64,000 nt of DNA from Chiloscyllium plagiosum (lineage: Eukaryota). Both the position numbers and the translations under genes were made by a program. The stretch is from the NCBI RefSeq assembly GCF_004010195.1, contig NC_057718.1, positions 31,770,204 to 31,834,203 of the forward strand. Reading direction: 5' to 3'. Numbering within the stretch: the first letter of the stretch is position 1; every line of letters begins with the position of its first letter. Below, in pieces: positions 37,221-50,219 of the stretch. The notes under the pieces were generated by a model. That model worked only from the letters and a program-made list of their open reading frames with translations, had not been told where the DNA came from and did no database searches.

Positions 37221-39001
37221 GATGATGAAGCAGACTATTGTTTTGTCTAGCAAAACTCATCTAAGTGATTATAAGGCAACAATCCAAAGCTTTAATTCCA
37301 TATGGTCCATAAACTATTTTGACAGTTTAGAACATCCTCTGAAAGCTTGGTTGGATTACTGCATTCTAACTCATTTCACAGTTTTTACTTGTGTGGTGGA
37401 TCTGTCCAAATGTACAACATGACATTCAGGATACTAAGAATTCAGTAAAATCAGAAACAGTAAGTTTGACACTACGATCAGCCATAATTATGTTCTTGAC
37501 ATTCAGAGAAAGATTATGGCAGTACAATAAAAACCCACATTCAAATGAAGTTGCTATGCTAAATCTGCTACAGCCTTTGTTATAAAAATAATATATTTTC
37601 TGTATCAATCTGAACTGGATTTTCTCTAAGCAGGAGATATAGCAATCCTTAAAAAGAAAGTCCTAACAATTCTGACCTCCAGGGATATGGACATTGAAAC
37701 ATTGTTGATTTTTTAAAGAAAACACTGATAATACTAATCATGTTAAGAATAGGCTCAGGCTACGGGTTATAGGAGGAAATTCACTTAAAAAAAATCAAGA
37801 GAATGATGCTGGGATGAACGTCAGATCTCATTGTTGTTATCCTTTAGACATCTTTGTTTACAGCTGGTGTCTTGCCCTTTTACTACCATCCCAGGTCCCA
37901 ACGTTCAGAACAATGAATCAAAGAATTGTGTGATAATTAGACCAAGTAGGCAATTAATATTGTGTGGTGACCTGAGCAATAATGACTCTCAGTAAAGTGG
38001 TATTAACACAGAGTTCATAGATTGCTATTTGTAATTCTACAGTCCAGAAGGTCGAGTTATTTGATCACCAGGAATATCATATAGTACAGGACTGATTATA
38101 TTATTTAATTACCACTTAAGAAACGAAACGTGCTAAATTTGATGAGGTCAGGCAGCCATGCTTTAAATCTTATGTTTAAATCTTAAGTCTTATGTTTGAT
38201 ACATTCATAACTGGAATATTTTGTAGATAAAATTTATTACTGAAGTTATCAATAAATAAATCTACACATGCAATTCTCAAAAACACTTCCATATTCAAAA
38301 GTAAAAACCAGTTTCCTTGTTTTGAGAAATTATAGTCCAAACATTTACAGCTACAATTTTACAGCCTTGCAACAGGCAATGTCATGTATTATAAGTCTGA
38401 TAGAATCATACTGAGTATGTAATCAATTCATATACAACTTACAAGTATAGAACAATCTATTTCTAGTCATTCGATATGGATAAGCATGTCATACTCCATG
38501 TTAAAATTAGCGTGATCAAAACCACAATGAATCTGCAAATTTTCTTTTGACAGGTTGACAAAAGACATTTGCTTGTGTAAAAGTTGTCATTACTAGAGAA
38601 AAAAAAAGTGAACATTTTAAGAGGAAAGGAGTTTGAATGAACAAAGCGATCAATATTTTAGAATGGCTTTTGACTTTTCCCCTTCAGTGATATCATGGCG
38701 GCATTAATTCACACAAGAAAGTCTGATACCAAGCTATACAATGCAATGCAATTTTAGGGCAGCTAACCAAAAACCTTAGGCAAAGAGATAGGTTTTAAGA
38801 AACACTTTAAGGGAGATAAAGTAGTAGAGGTTTCAGGAGAAAATTCTATAGTTAAACGTCTACACAAAATAAGACATCAGCGCCAACAATGGAATATTTA
38901 AAATCAGGGAGGCTGAAGATACAAGAATTACAGGATCACCAATATCTCAGAGGATTTGGAGTTTCAAGGAGGTTTAAAAAGATGGACCAATTATGTCATT
39001 C

Positions 39002-39029
39002 CTGAAGAAGGGCTTATGCCCGAAACGTC
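39002..39029 (+). ncRNA. Minimal hammerhead ribozyme motif (tandem copy 1)
   Basis: CTGAAGA-A-GGGC-ttat-GCCC-GAA-ACGT-C. Confidence 0.7.
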
Positions 39030-39410
39030 GATTCACCTGCTCCTTGGATGCTGCCTGACCTGCTGCACTTTTCCAGCAATACATTTTTCAGCTCTGATCT
39101 TCAGCATCTGCAGTCCTCACTTTCTCCTAGTTGATTTTAACCTACTGCGAATCCTCTTGCAAGGATGCCTTCCTTGAAGAAGCTCTCTTCCTCCCTCTAC
39201 AAGGATCTCAGTGAGTCCCTCTCTCACTGCACCTCCCAGGTCATCTCCTCTGCCCTGAAGCTCTTCAGCCACGTCCTCAAACAGGCTCGCTACCACAGCC
39301 ACATCTCCTTCCTCAGCACCTGTCTACGGAACCGACTGACCCCGCATGGACTCCGGACTACGGTCAGACCAACAAAATTTGGACCCAACCAGGACAACCA
39401 GTAGTCATTC

Positions 39411-39438
39411 CTGAAGAAGGGCTTATGCCCGAAACGTC
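39411..39438 (+). ncRNA. Minimal hammerhead ribozyme motif (tandem copy 2)
   Basis: 28-nt core identical to 39002-39029. Confidence 0.7.
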
Positions 39439-42400
39439 GATTCTCCTGCTCCTTGGATGCTGCCTGACCTGCTGCGCTTTTCCAGCAACATGTTTTTCAG
39501 CAATTATCTCAAGTCAAGCTGTCAATACAGTACAAATGAATACCCCTGAAGGTAGCATTTCCTTTGTTTTCTGTTGATATTTTAAACACAGGTATAACAT
39601 TGTTTGTGAATAATCAATAGACAAGATATTTTATGAAAACTGGTACTGTCAATAAATTATGATTGAGAAGATGCATTAGGCAAGTGATACAGAAAGTAAG
39701 CAGAGACTTACAAGTGCAACCTCTCTACAAGGCATTTTTTGTTTTAGTGATTTACTGATATAGGTGCACTCAATCTGGGGACAACATGAAGCTAGATCTC
39801 AAGATAGGTTTGAATGAAGGTGACCTTTGGCCCATTTGACCTCATTATTCCAGATTACCAGATTTTGGTCTTGCAGTTCCTGATCACAAGAAAGTTCTTG
39901 ACTAGCATCAAATACACTTCTCAACCATACGAATATTACATTTATTCTATTTTAGCTCAATGCAACTTATACAAGCAGAGATGATGCCAGTGTATAGATT
40001 GCACTTAAAATCATGTACTAACTTTTTATGAGAAAGTGCATGATTAACCAGTTGCTTAAATCATTCAATAAATGCAAATATAATAGATATTTTTAATAAA
40101 CATCCTCCTCTTTCACAAGTAACATACTAGAAACAGAATATTAATGAACATATTTAAAAACCATTTAAAAATATTGCTGCATCATTTTTACCTCCTGAAA
40201 TAAGCAAACTAGTTTAAACAAGTAGCATCCTCAAAGCCCAAAAAATGTCAATAATTCAAGCGGATAAATTTAAAGGGCTCAATTATAGCGGCATCTTCAA
40301 ACAGACAATTTTCATCAAACAGGTTTATACCTAAATGGTTTGATCTTCATTCAACAAAACCAAAAACTATTTTCTGACTTGCAACGGTTCAGATAAGAGT
40401 GAACTGAGCTATGATAATAAGTAAGCAGAAAATTTGTTTTTATTACTGTGTAGGGTGTATTCAGAAATGCAGCTACCAAGTTCAAAAGGTTAAAAAGCTT
40501 ACACCTGCTGTATGCCTAATTCATTTAGTTCACCTCACCAAAAATTACGCTTTGAAATTCAATACTTTAATGCTATTACTCATTCCGATTAGAACACTGC
40601 CCGGCTGTTCTATTGCAAAACAGTCCAATTGAATGGAGTTAAAATCACATGCTAAGTATTAACGAACACACCAAAAATCAAGTCCACATCATTTTATTTC
40701 AAATATTTCCAAAATACAAAACGTTCAAATGGAAAATTGAAATAGAAACGTTCCTCAGTAACAGTTACAGCCCATCACAGTGATCTCAGCAGCAAGACAT
40801 GGAACTGCTATGTGCAAAAGTTAGTTGCAGGCCATAGTTTAAATTCAACCAGTGATCCTTCAATTTGCTAATCTAGTCATTTGAAAAATAACTACGGGTA
40901 ACCAATGTATGCTGTAAAACAGGAGACATTGCATCAAAGCAAAGCAGGAAGTGTATAATGCATTAAGATACAGACTACAGATAACCAAACTAGCACTTTT
41001 TCAAGCCTCTTTAATTAGTCTTACCCTTTAATTGGCCACAAGGACATTGACGAAAGCTATATGTAAACTTCTAAAAAGCAGCTGGTCTTCAAACATACAT
41101 TGCGTTCTTTCCTTCTCAGTTAAAAAAAAGAGAAAACAGCATTGGGCTGATACAAGCATACCTCTGTCAGAATTTTGCAGGATTGGCCAGGAGCAACATC
41201 TAACCCAGCCATATGTAGACCTTTAGCAGCATTCTCCCTTTGTCTCATAATTAATTTGCTGCTGTCAGTGCCTGTTCTTCTAAAAGAAGAATGTCTTTCA
41301 CAAAAGCTGCTAGGCATTGGAGAACTCTCAGTATTCAGCATCAGCAGCTTCAGTGTCATTGATAACTGTGGCTTGTGTGGGACTGCACGTTAGAAGATAT
41401 ATAGTCGGTACTGCTACAACACAGGTTTCTTCAACGCAAAGTGACTATTGCACGATTGAAGAATTTAGACGCTTATTTGTAGAATGTGAACTTTCATTAC
41501 CAGTGTTGGCTATAATGAGATTCCAGTCCCATTGGTTTAAATGGTGCTGCTATTACGTGATTTGTTTTAAACGCGAGGTCACACGGGAACAGAACTATGG
41601 CGTTATATCAGAACAAACTGTAGAAGGATACTATCCTTGCTGCTGGTAGGATAAGGTGGCAGTCATGGAATGCTACAGGATAGCTATTGACTGCTGATAA
41701 AATGTAAACAGTAGCAATAAGCGGTACACTAATTGACTCAATGACCCTGCAGGACAGACAGCTGTCCTTCATTTTTCCCTCTGCTGGTAAAGTGCTTTTC
41801 TGGTGAGAACCCAATTCATCCTCACCTTCTCTGCTCATTTTATCAACCTAAACCCTCCATCTGCAGAAACCTGACCCCTTGGCGCTGGTATAATTCAGCC
41901 CCGCTTCACAGGTAGTTCAAGAGTTTTACAGATGGGGCCAAGTCTTCGTCAAGGGAGTGGAAAAAATTAGAAATTGTATAAGCGTTAAAGAAGAGTAATT
42001 TCTGTATACAAAGACCACCTGACTGCAGTAACTGCTTTAATTGTGCCAACAACACATTACTGTTTCAGATCTAAACTACTGTGAAGAGGCCACCCACTGC
42101 CTTTCCTTACAGTGGACATTATACACAAGTTACACTGTAAAATAAGTTCTCTCTAAGCAGATTAGCCTGGAAGAATTGCTTCATTATGCTTGGGAACATT
42201 GCAGAGGGAACAGAATCACTTCTTTAAAAATGAAAACATTTTTGATAATTGAGCTATGAGACAGGTAAAGCAAGCTGTTGTCAATTTTTGTCAAGCAAAG
42301 GATGACTGGTGGCAGGAGGTGTAGGTAGTCCCAAATTTTAAACATTGTGAATAAATATCTATAAGTATTTATGAAAATTTAAGAATGAAACTGCAATCAG

Positions 42401-42461
42401 GCTTGCAAACCTCTGATGATAAACTTGGCTTAAGCAGATCCACACTTGACTTATGGAGCAT

Positions 42462-42478
42462 ACTGCCACCTAGTGCAG
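42462..42478 (-). promoter_or_regulatory. CTCF-like motif
   Basis: Reverse complement ctgCACTAGGTGGCAgt. Confidence 0.4.
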
Positions 42479-44670
42479 CAAATACAATCAGACAAAAGCA
42501 TAAAAATTGGAATCAGATAATTCCGAATTTACTGGGAAGTGAAAGCATGGGGATCTATAAAGGGATTAAAAAATGTTAGATCAGATTCTAAATATTCAGA
42601 TATACTGAAGTGCCTCTTTCCTAACCCCCATCAAAATCTCCAACTCATAGATTTTGAATATTTTGATCAATGCATCCAGTTCAGCCAATTGTTTAAAAGA
42701 TGTTTAATGTGGTTAATATGTCTGTGATTCAACTTCTGTTGCCCTCATTGCTCAAACAGTCTTGCAATGCATGTGATTTTAGTTTGCTATCCTTTGTATT
42801 TAAAACTGTGAATGCACACCTTAGTTTTGGGTATAACATCAGTAACTTACAGGGTTTCTTCAGCAAAACCTTCCAAACCCCATGACCTCTATCACCTTAG
42901 AAAGTCAAGTGTAGCAAGTTCATCTTCAAGGTACACATCAACCTGTCAAGGGATGATATCACTTTTCCTTCACTGTCACTGAAATCAAAGTCCAAGAACT
43001 CCCTTCCTCACAGCGCTGTGGATGTACCAACACCACGTAGACTTCAACAGTTCAAGGTGGCAACTCATCACCATATTTTCAGGGGAAATTAAGAGTGCAA
43101 GACAAATACTGTCCATATTCCACAACACCCAGATCTCATGAAAAAAATAAAAACATGAGAAAGTTATGATTTCTGTGCTAGTATATGTGTTCTATAACTA
43201 AGATTTACTTAAACATTATACTTCTCATGAAATTTCCCTTGATTTTTGCTGGTTAACGTTCTGATGTAAAAATACTCACCTTGGAATGCAACTTGGTTGA
43301 GTAATTTCAGAAAACTGTATTATAGCCATAATAACTTGGTGCCTTTCCTGATTTCAATCACTTTTATACTGTTTCATGAAAACGTGCACTGAATGAGTTC
43401 CTCCTTAAATACATAATCTGAAGACTAATGACACTGTGAATTAGAATACTGATCATTCACGTTTGCATTTCTAAACCAAATCCAAGCCAAATAAAAGTTC
43501 TTTTCTTTAAAAGCAAAGTCTTTTAGTAGCTCCAAGCACATAATTGGAAGAACCTAGTACTGAATGGCCTCCCGCGTATGTTTATGATTTGCCTCTGATA
43601 TAATCAATTCAACATGTCCAATACAGTCATAGTGATCTTAGATAATGCCAGATTCCTCTGCTCTTAGCAATAAGTGAGTACCTAATACAACTCATTGTGC
43701 AGCTAATGGTCTTGTGCTGACATAAAAAGCAAGCATTACTAATTTCCAATTATCACAATAAAGACGACAACTTATCGTTCCAGGTTAATGTTCAAATAGC
43801 ATTAACACTTTACACAGCATTGCAGATTAGAAATGAAAGTAAGTCCATTGACAAACGTGGTATGCATACGTTAATGCCAATTGGCAAGACAATTATGTGG
43901 GGAAGATCTTTTGACCCAAACTCATTCCATCTATAAATCCAACCATTGCAGCATTCAGATGTTCACTCAAAATTTTAAAATGGTTTCATCCACTCAATGA
44001 TTGAAGATCATTCTATGTATTAAACACTCCTCATAGAAAAAAAAATTGTGTCCTACATTTCATATTCAAGTTTGAAAGCTTAATTCCTCGTCATTGTCAC
44101 AAATTAAGTAAATTTCTTGGATTTTCCTTTGTCCTTTGCATTTACTATCTTGGATACTTTCAGAACACCCCTCAATGTTTTATTTAAAATTGAAGAATCT
44201 AAATGTTGCTCTCATTTTTTACAGGATCTTTGACCTGAAGGTGTATACAATCATTGAAAAGTAGCTCAAAAGAACAGGCAACACATTAGGCTTCGCTTAT
44301 AACAGGCATTAACATTTATGTTAATGCAGCTAAATGTCCCATGGCAAAGTACAGCCCAGGACAACTTTCTATCCCAAGGGATTGGTTCTTCTCTTTGAAA
44401 GAACCGCAGAGGTGAATGCCAGCCAGCCTGAATTGTAGCTGAAGCCTTGGGTCTATAATACATTTCTAAACACCCGAATTCAAGCAAAACATAGCAGTCA
44501 GGTCCCAGTGCAAGCAGAATCAATGATACCACGCAGCAAACAAAAACACGAGGCATGTAAAGTAGGTGTAGTTTTTCATTCCTACCAGGCAGTAGCTAGA
44601 AATGAGGTAAGTGAATAGCATGGTAGAAGACGCCATAGGCCTACTGGACAAATAGGGATGCTTTCTTATT

Positions 44671-44880
44671 AGAGCTGAAAATGTGTTGCTGGAAAAGCGC
44701 AGCAGGTCAGGCAGCATCCAGGGAACAGGAGAATCGACGTTTCGGGGATAAGCCCTTCTTCAGGAATTATGCCCGAAACGTCGATTCTCCTGTTCCCTGG
44801 ATGCTGCCTGACCTGCTGCGCTTTTCCAGCAACACATTTTCAGCTCTGATCTCCAGCATCTGCAGACCTCACTTTCTCCT
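44671..44880. mobile_element. Penelope-like family A inverted terminal-repeat pair (hairpin insertion)
   Basis: 81-bp inverted arms 44671-44751 / 44767-44847 with one mismatch. TSD atgctttcttattaga (44658-44673) / atgctttctcattaga (44883-44898). Confidence 0.9.
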
Positions 44881-47800
44881 CAATGCTTTCTCATTAGAAC
44901 ATGGTGATGCTTTCTCATGGTGGTTAGCCTGAGGGTCACCACGCTTCAGCAAAGGTTGAGAAGGAAATCCTATGGTAACCTCAGCGAGTGTGGAAATTGA
45001 ACCCACACTATTTGCTCCACGTTGGTATTGCAAACCAGCCATCCAACCAACTGAGCTAAACCAACACCCTAAAAATACTAGCATGGGATAGAAGTGGGGA
45101 GTTTGTGGGAGGTTGAAAATACGACAACAAAATGGAAGCACCAGGAATTAATTATTTTAACCTAAATTGTGTCCTGTATTAGTACTTACTTGGGGTTTAA
45201 AGAAAATATAAATGAAAATTCTCTAATTAAGACATGTTTTTGAATCTGCTCCTCTTTCATTACAAAAATTCTGAAAACGGAAATGCTTTATAAGCATAAA
45301 ATATGCATTTCTGGATCAGTGAACTTCCAACTGTTCTGCAATATTTATTGGGCCATATGTTTAACACCCCAGCTTTACTTCGCAAAATTTAAAAAATGCA
45401 TAAAACTTCTTTCTATATGATCCACAAAAGATTCTCGTTAAAAACTAACTCATTACAGTATTTCAGTTCTCAAATCCAAGTGCTCGAGAGAATGATTTAA
45501 TTAAATCCTGTACATAGTGCTAATTCAGAAAACAAACTGGTCTTTTTCTTAGTTCGAAACTTATGTTTTGAGTACTCATTAGCAAACCTTCAGTAATTTA
45601 CATAAGATTTTACATTAGCACCATTTCTTATCCATAGTAACCTAAAGGCAATTAACAAGTTCATAATTACTTGAGCAACATTTGGTTGTTAACTCTGATA
45701 AAATCTATTCATTCAACAACCTTTTCATCTGAATAAATCCACTAAATTTTTAAACAGCCCACTTAAAAAAGAAACAAACTACTAAAAGAAAGTAAAAGTT
45801 AAAAAGTTGCATTAAACTGTTGTATTTCTCCAACATCCCATGTTACCCCCATGACTACTCCTCAGCCCCTCCACAACCCAAACCAATTCGTACAACAAAC
45901 TAAGGTGAATTGGTCTCAAAGTAACAGGAATAGATTATGTGGAAAATAACATTAATGGCATAGCACACATACATAAACAACAACAAAAACAACAACGCTT
46001 ATTAATATGACACGTTTATAGTAACAAAATGCATAAAGACATTTCAGAGACATTATGAAACAAAAAATACTGAAGAACATAAGGAGTTAAGGAAAATCAC
46101 CAAAACCTTGTTCAAAATTGCCTGTCGGAAGAAGAAAGCAAAATAGAGCTGCATAGAAGTTTAGGAAGGAAGTTCCATAACTCAGAAGTCATGGTCACCA
46201 ATGGTGGAGCAATTAAAACTGAGGATCCACAACGGTCAAAATTCCTACTATAGCATCTATCCACATTACGAAAAATGAGAATATTCTATTAGCTTGTGCC
46301 TACTAACCTTTTGGGATGCATGAACAGTGATAGCCAGATCCCTCTGATCTCAGAACTCTGCAATCTCTCACCATTTAGATAATAGACTACACAAAACTGC
46401 TCAGCTAGCTTGAAACACAAATACTGCTACTAGTGCAATGAGAACCAAAAACAACTGCAAACGAGATGCTGGTCTATAAGTTTTTTTTCCTCTGAGAAAA
46501 GAGTTTTACAACATGCAATTATGAAGGTGTTTCAATGCCATTATGAAAAGAAAATTCTGGAATTTCCTGAGCCTATGCCAATTTCAACACAAAACATCTT
46601 TTTTGTGACATGACTACAGTTGCGCATTAAAAAGTGATCAAATACTCTAAATATCTCATATAGGTTCACTGCTCACTACATTAAAAATAGCTAGCTCTGC
46701 CACTTGTGTGACATGGGAAACCTACTAGCACTGGCCTATATGTTACACCATGAACCATGTCATTTTACAGATGATATCAGTCCATACTATATGCACTGCT
46801 TTAGTGAGATACAGACGGTAGCAGAAGCAACATTCAGGTTCAAATTTCAAAAATGAAATGTAACCATAATCACACTAAGTTCAAGATACACAAAGTCTGT
46901 AATACAATCAGTATTATAATACAGTATTTAGAGCCCTGAAATATAGAAGCTATATTGACCAAATATAATGTCTTCATTTGTGGCTGTCTTCATAAAGATA
47001 CTTATTCATGTCAATATACTGTAAGATTTTTATGGATTATTAAATATAACAACTGAAGTCTTCCATATGAAACAGGACTAGGAACTTATATAAAAGCGTA
47101 TCTTCTCCCAAAATTGCACTTTTAATACGCAACATAAAACCAATGGAAATTGTTCTAAACATCTACTCAAAAAGAGGTAGAACAAATAAGACAAACAGCA
47201 CTTTACTGAGATCAATAAATATACATTGCCTAAATGATAATAGTGAATTATATAATTGTTAACAGCGAAAAATATTTGCACTGAATAATTGCCTTTTTTT
47301 AAAAAAAAACTGACCTTTTCTTTTACATAGCCAAAGGCAAGAGTTGGTATTTTAGATTTAAGAAGGTTAAAATAGACACTAGCTAAAGTTGACGTTACAA
47401 CAAAAGTTCTAACACACCTAATCTTTAAATTCTCTTATCTCCTGAAGAAATAGTCAGAATAATTTTTTTTCCACAGTGCATTACTTTGTTCCACGAGGTG
47501 CGATGACAGCTGTGACTGTACACCTATTTTTATGACAAATCCTCGAGGTTTTGACCTCACTGATATTACAGCTTCAATCTCACAACAAGGCAAGCCAGAA
47601 GGCATTTCACAAAGCAAAGTGTAAGCAGCTTGCTTTAGTTTAAGTGTAAATTAATCCAATGCATTTTGGCCTGTGGAGAAACGACAGGCAGATGGGAGTT
47701 GACAATACTACGCTATGTGACCTTTTGCTCCATGCTACCCTTATCTTGTGGGGGTGGGGGGTGCTCCTTTGAGTAGCAGTGTCTATGATAGACCGAGCTG

Positions 47801-48066
47801 TCGTTCAGCAAAGTCTCTATTTTTAAACACTACATGTCAATGTCTTAATTTATGATTGCATCACATTCATTTCTTGGAGTATGATAATACAAAAATTCAA
47901 TGGGAAAAGCAGCTGCGCACTTATGTTTTAAAAATATATTTACTGTTTTAGAGGCGAACTAGTAAACTTTTTGCAAGTAACTTACAGCAAAACCTAAATA
48001 TTTCACAATCTATTTTAGAACACTGCATAATATGAAATTTCATAAACCAAAGTAAAATTCCATTAT

Positions 48067-48256
48067 CGAGAGTGTGGTACTGGAAAAGCACAGCAGGTCA
48101 GGCAGTATTCGAGGAGCAGGAGAATCAGGTTCCTGATGAAGGGCTTATGCCCGAAATGTCAACTCTCCTATTCCTCAGATGCTGCCCTACTTGCTGTGCT
48201 TTTCCAGCACTGCACTCAACTCTGATCACCAGCATCTGCAGTCCTCACTTTCTCCT
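48067..48256 (+). mobile_element. Penelope-like family A terminal repeat with inverted 5' piece
   Basis: Hammerhead-like core at 48133-48160 (ACGT decayed to ATGT). Perfect 14-bp TSD taaaattccattat at 48053-48066 and 48256-48269. Confidence 0.85.
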
Positions 48257-48289
48257 AAAATTCCATTATACCAATATTTCAAATAATAT

Positions 48290-48706
48290 TAAAAACTGAA
48301 AGGACTGTGGATGCTGGAAATTGGAAACAAAAACAGAAATTTCTGGAAAAGCTCAGCAGGTCTGGCAGTATTTGGGGACAGAAGCCAGAGTTAATGTTTT
48401 GGATCAAGTGACCCTTCCTTAGGAGTGATGGTATGCAGATGATTTTGTGGGGGGGGGGGGGTGCACAAAAAGGACAGTACAAAAAGTAGAATTGCAACCC
48501 AAAGAGAGATAATGATTAGCCAAGAAGGAGGAATGGTTGGCATTGGGGATTATTAGTGGCTAACAATGGATAGTGTGTAATAGCAGACCATGCAATAACA
48601 AGGCCTGAACATGGGAGAAAGTGCCTCAAGCCCTAAAACTGTTGAACTCAATATTGAGTCCAGAAGACTGTAGAGTTCTCAAGTAGAAAGTAAAGTGCTG
48701 TCCTTC
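48290..48706 (-). mobile_element. Penelope-like family C 3' end
   Basis: Minus strand 48640-48706 encodes EGQHFTFYLRTLQSSGLNIEFN (PLE GIY-YIG tail), followed by the family C terminal repeat. Confidence 0.75.
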
Positions 48707-48938
48707 CCCAACCCCCACACACAATGCCTTGTTATGTATGGTTTTCTGTTCTTACTCACTGTGCAATCACTCCTGCTGAGAGAGTGTATCAACTTGGAAT
48801 GGGATTCAAACAGGACACCTGCTCTCAGGACCAAGATGCTTTTGAAATTCTGTCCAATTTCTGAACAGGTAATTTTGCTAGCAACTTACTAATCATGAAT
48901 AACAAAGACTCTTCCATTGGTTTGCTATAAGTTTTGCT

Positions 48939-49026
48939 ACCTGACAAAGGAGCTGTGCTGCGAAAGCTTGTACTTCCAATTAAACCTGTTGGACTATAAC
49001 CTAATTTTATGTGAATTTTCACTTTG
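48939..49026 (+). mobile_element. Penelope-like family B terminal repeat fragment
   Basis: cctgacaaaggagctgtgctgcgaaagcttgtacttccaattaaacctgttggactataacct is homologous to 62012-62097. Confidence 0.7.
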
Positions 49027-49229
49027 CTAAAAGAGATCATTCAACTCTTGATTTCTGTACCTCAGCAATGGTACATGAATGATCATGAAAAAATATTCTG
49101 CAATCCAAACATCCAACTATTAAATTGAAAGGCTGAATGACATACTCTTGTTCCTATTTATTATGTTATGCTTTGATCTAAATGCACTTTTCTACTCATA
49201 TTATAAAAATACATTGGAATTTAGCTTAC

Positions 49230-49321
49230 CTGCACTTCTGATATTGGGATCCAGGTCTGGCATCTCTTTAGCAGCCTCTGGACTGACGCTGTAGATGGAC
49301 GCTCCAGCTTCATTGGTAATA
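49230..49321 (-). CDS. SRBD1: SRBD1 internal coding exon (92 bp), Tex-family RNase H-like/YqgF region
   Basis: Minus strand reads ag|T ATT ACC AAT GAA GCT GGA GCG TCC ATC TAC AGC GTC AGT CCA GAG GCT GCT AAA GAG ATG CCA GAC CTG GAT CCC AAT ATC AGA AGT GCA G|gtaag = ITNEAGASIYSVSPEAAKEMPDLDPNIRSA. This contains the EAGASIYS motif of Tex/SRBD1, with canonical splice sites. Confidence 0.95.
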
Positions 49322-50200
49322 CTATGAAGTTCAAAAAACATGTTAAGTAGTAAATTGGATAATTTAATGTTTTAAACTATCAAATGATTGACAGCTAGGA
49401 ATAAAATAGTACTATTCACTCTTACTAACTCAGAGTGGTGCTATTATGCACACGCCTGTGTTACTACCAGATCAAGTGGCAGTAGCATTACACAAGATTT
49501 CACTTTAATGTTCAGTTTAGAACAGTTATTAACTATTAATTAGTGATATCTACTTTCTCCTTCCTCTGCAATTATTGAAGAATTATTTGTGTGCCTTAAT
49601 CAGGGGCCAGTTGACAGCCAACTTACATATTCCACAGAGGTGGTGCTACTTCAGTGGATAAATGCAGTAGGTAGTCATGTAGAGTGCTAGATGGGTCAGG
49701 CAGGGCCTTGCACATGTTGACCAAAAGGGATATCCACCATGAATCAGCAACTTCAGGAAGGCACAAGGCATATTGGAGAAGTGTCCTGAAGTTGTTGCAA
49801 TAAATCACTGTCTATCTTTGTGCGTCAGTGAATGGATCACACTAATATTTTAAAAGAAGACTCATTGTAAACAGACAAATAACTTGAGGTAATACAAAGG
49901 TAAAAAAACCTTTAAAAATGTTATTAATCTATTTCACCACAAATCTAACATTTTGAATAGCACTAAGCCCTTTGTAACAAAACAAAACAAAACATGAAAA
50001 AATGTTTTGAATATATCCATCTTCAGATCTAATTCCAAAAGAAACCATCTTAAAATATTCTGCTGGTCCTTTGGGTAAATACTGGAAGACGAAGGAAAGC
50101 AATATTTATATTAACTCTTCAATTAACTTTTAAACACAAAGCTTGCAAAACTGAGAAATTATTTACTAGAAAGGAAAGCCATGTTTTATCACTGTAACAT

Positions 50201-50219
50201 TGTTGCCACCTGGAGGCCA
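50201..50219 (-). promoter_or_regulatory. CTCF-like motif
   Basis: Reverse complement TGGCCTCCAGGTGGCAACA, close to the CTCF consensus. Confidence 0.5.

Larger units (their letters stand above)
38996..39500 (+). mobile_element. Penelope-like family A: terminal repeat, ORF 5' fragment, terminal repeat (tandem)
   Basis: Direct repeats begin gtcattcctgaagaagggc at about 38995 and 39404. The internal reading frame HSHISFLSTCLRNRLTPHGL resembles PLE ORF N-termini. TSD-like caattatgtca / caattatctca. Confidence 0.85.
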
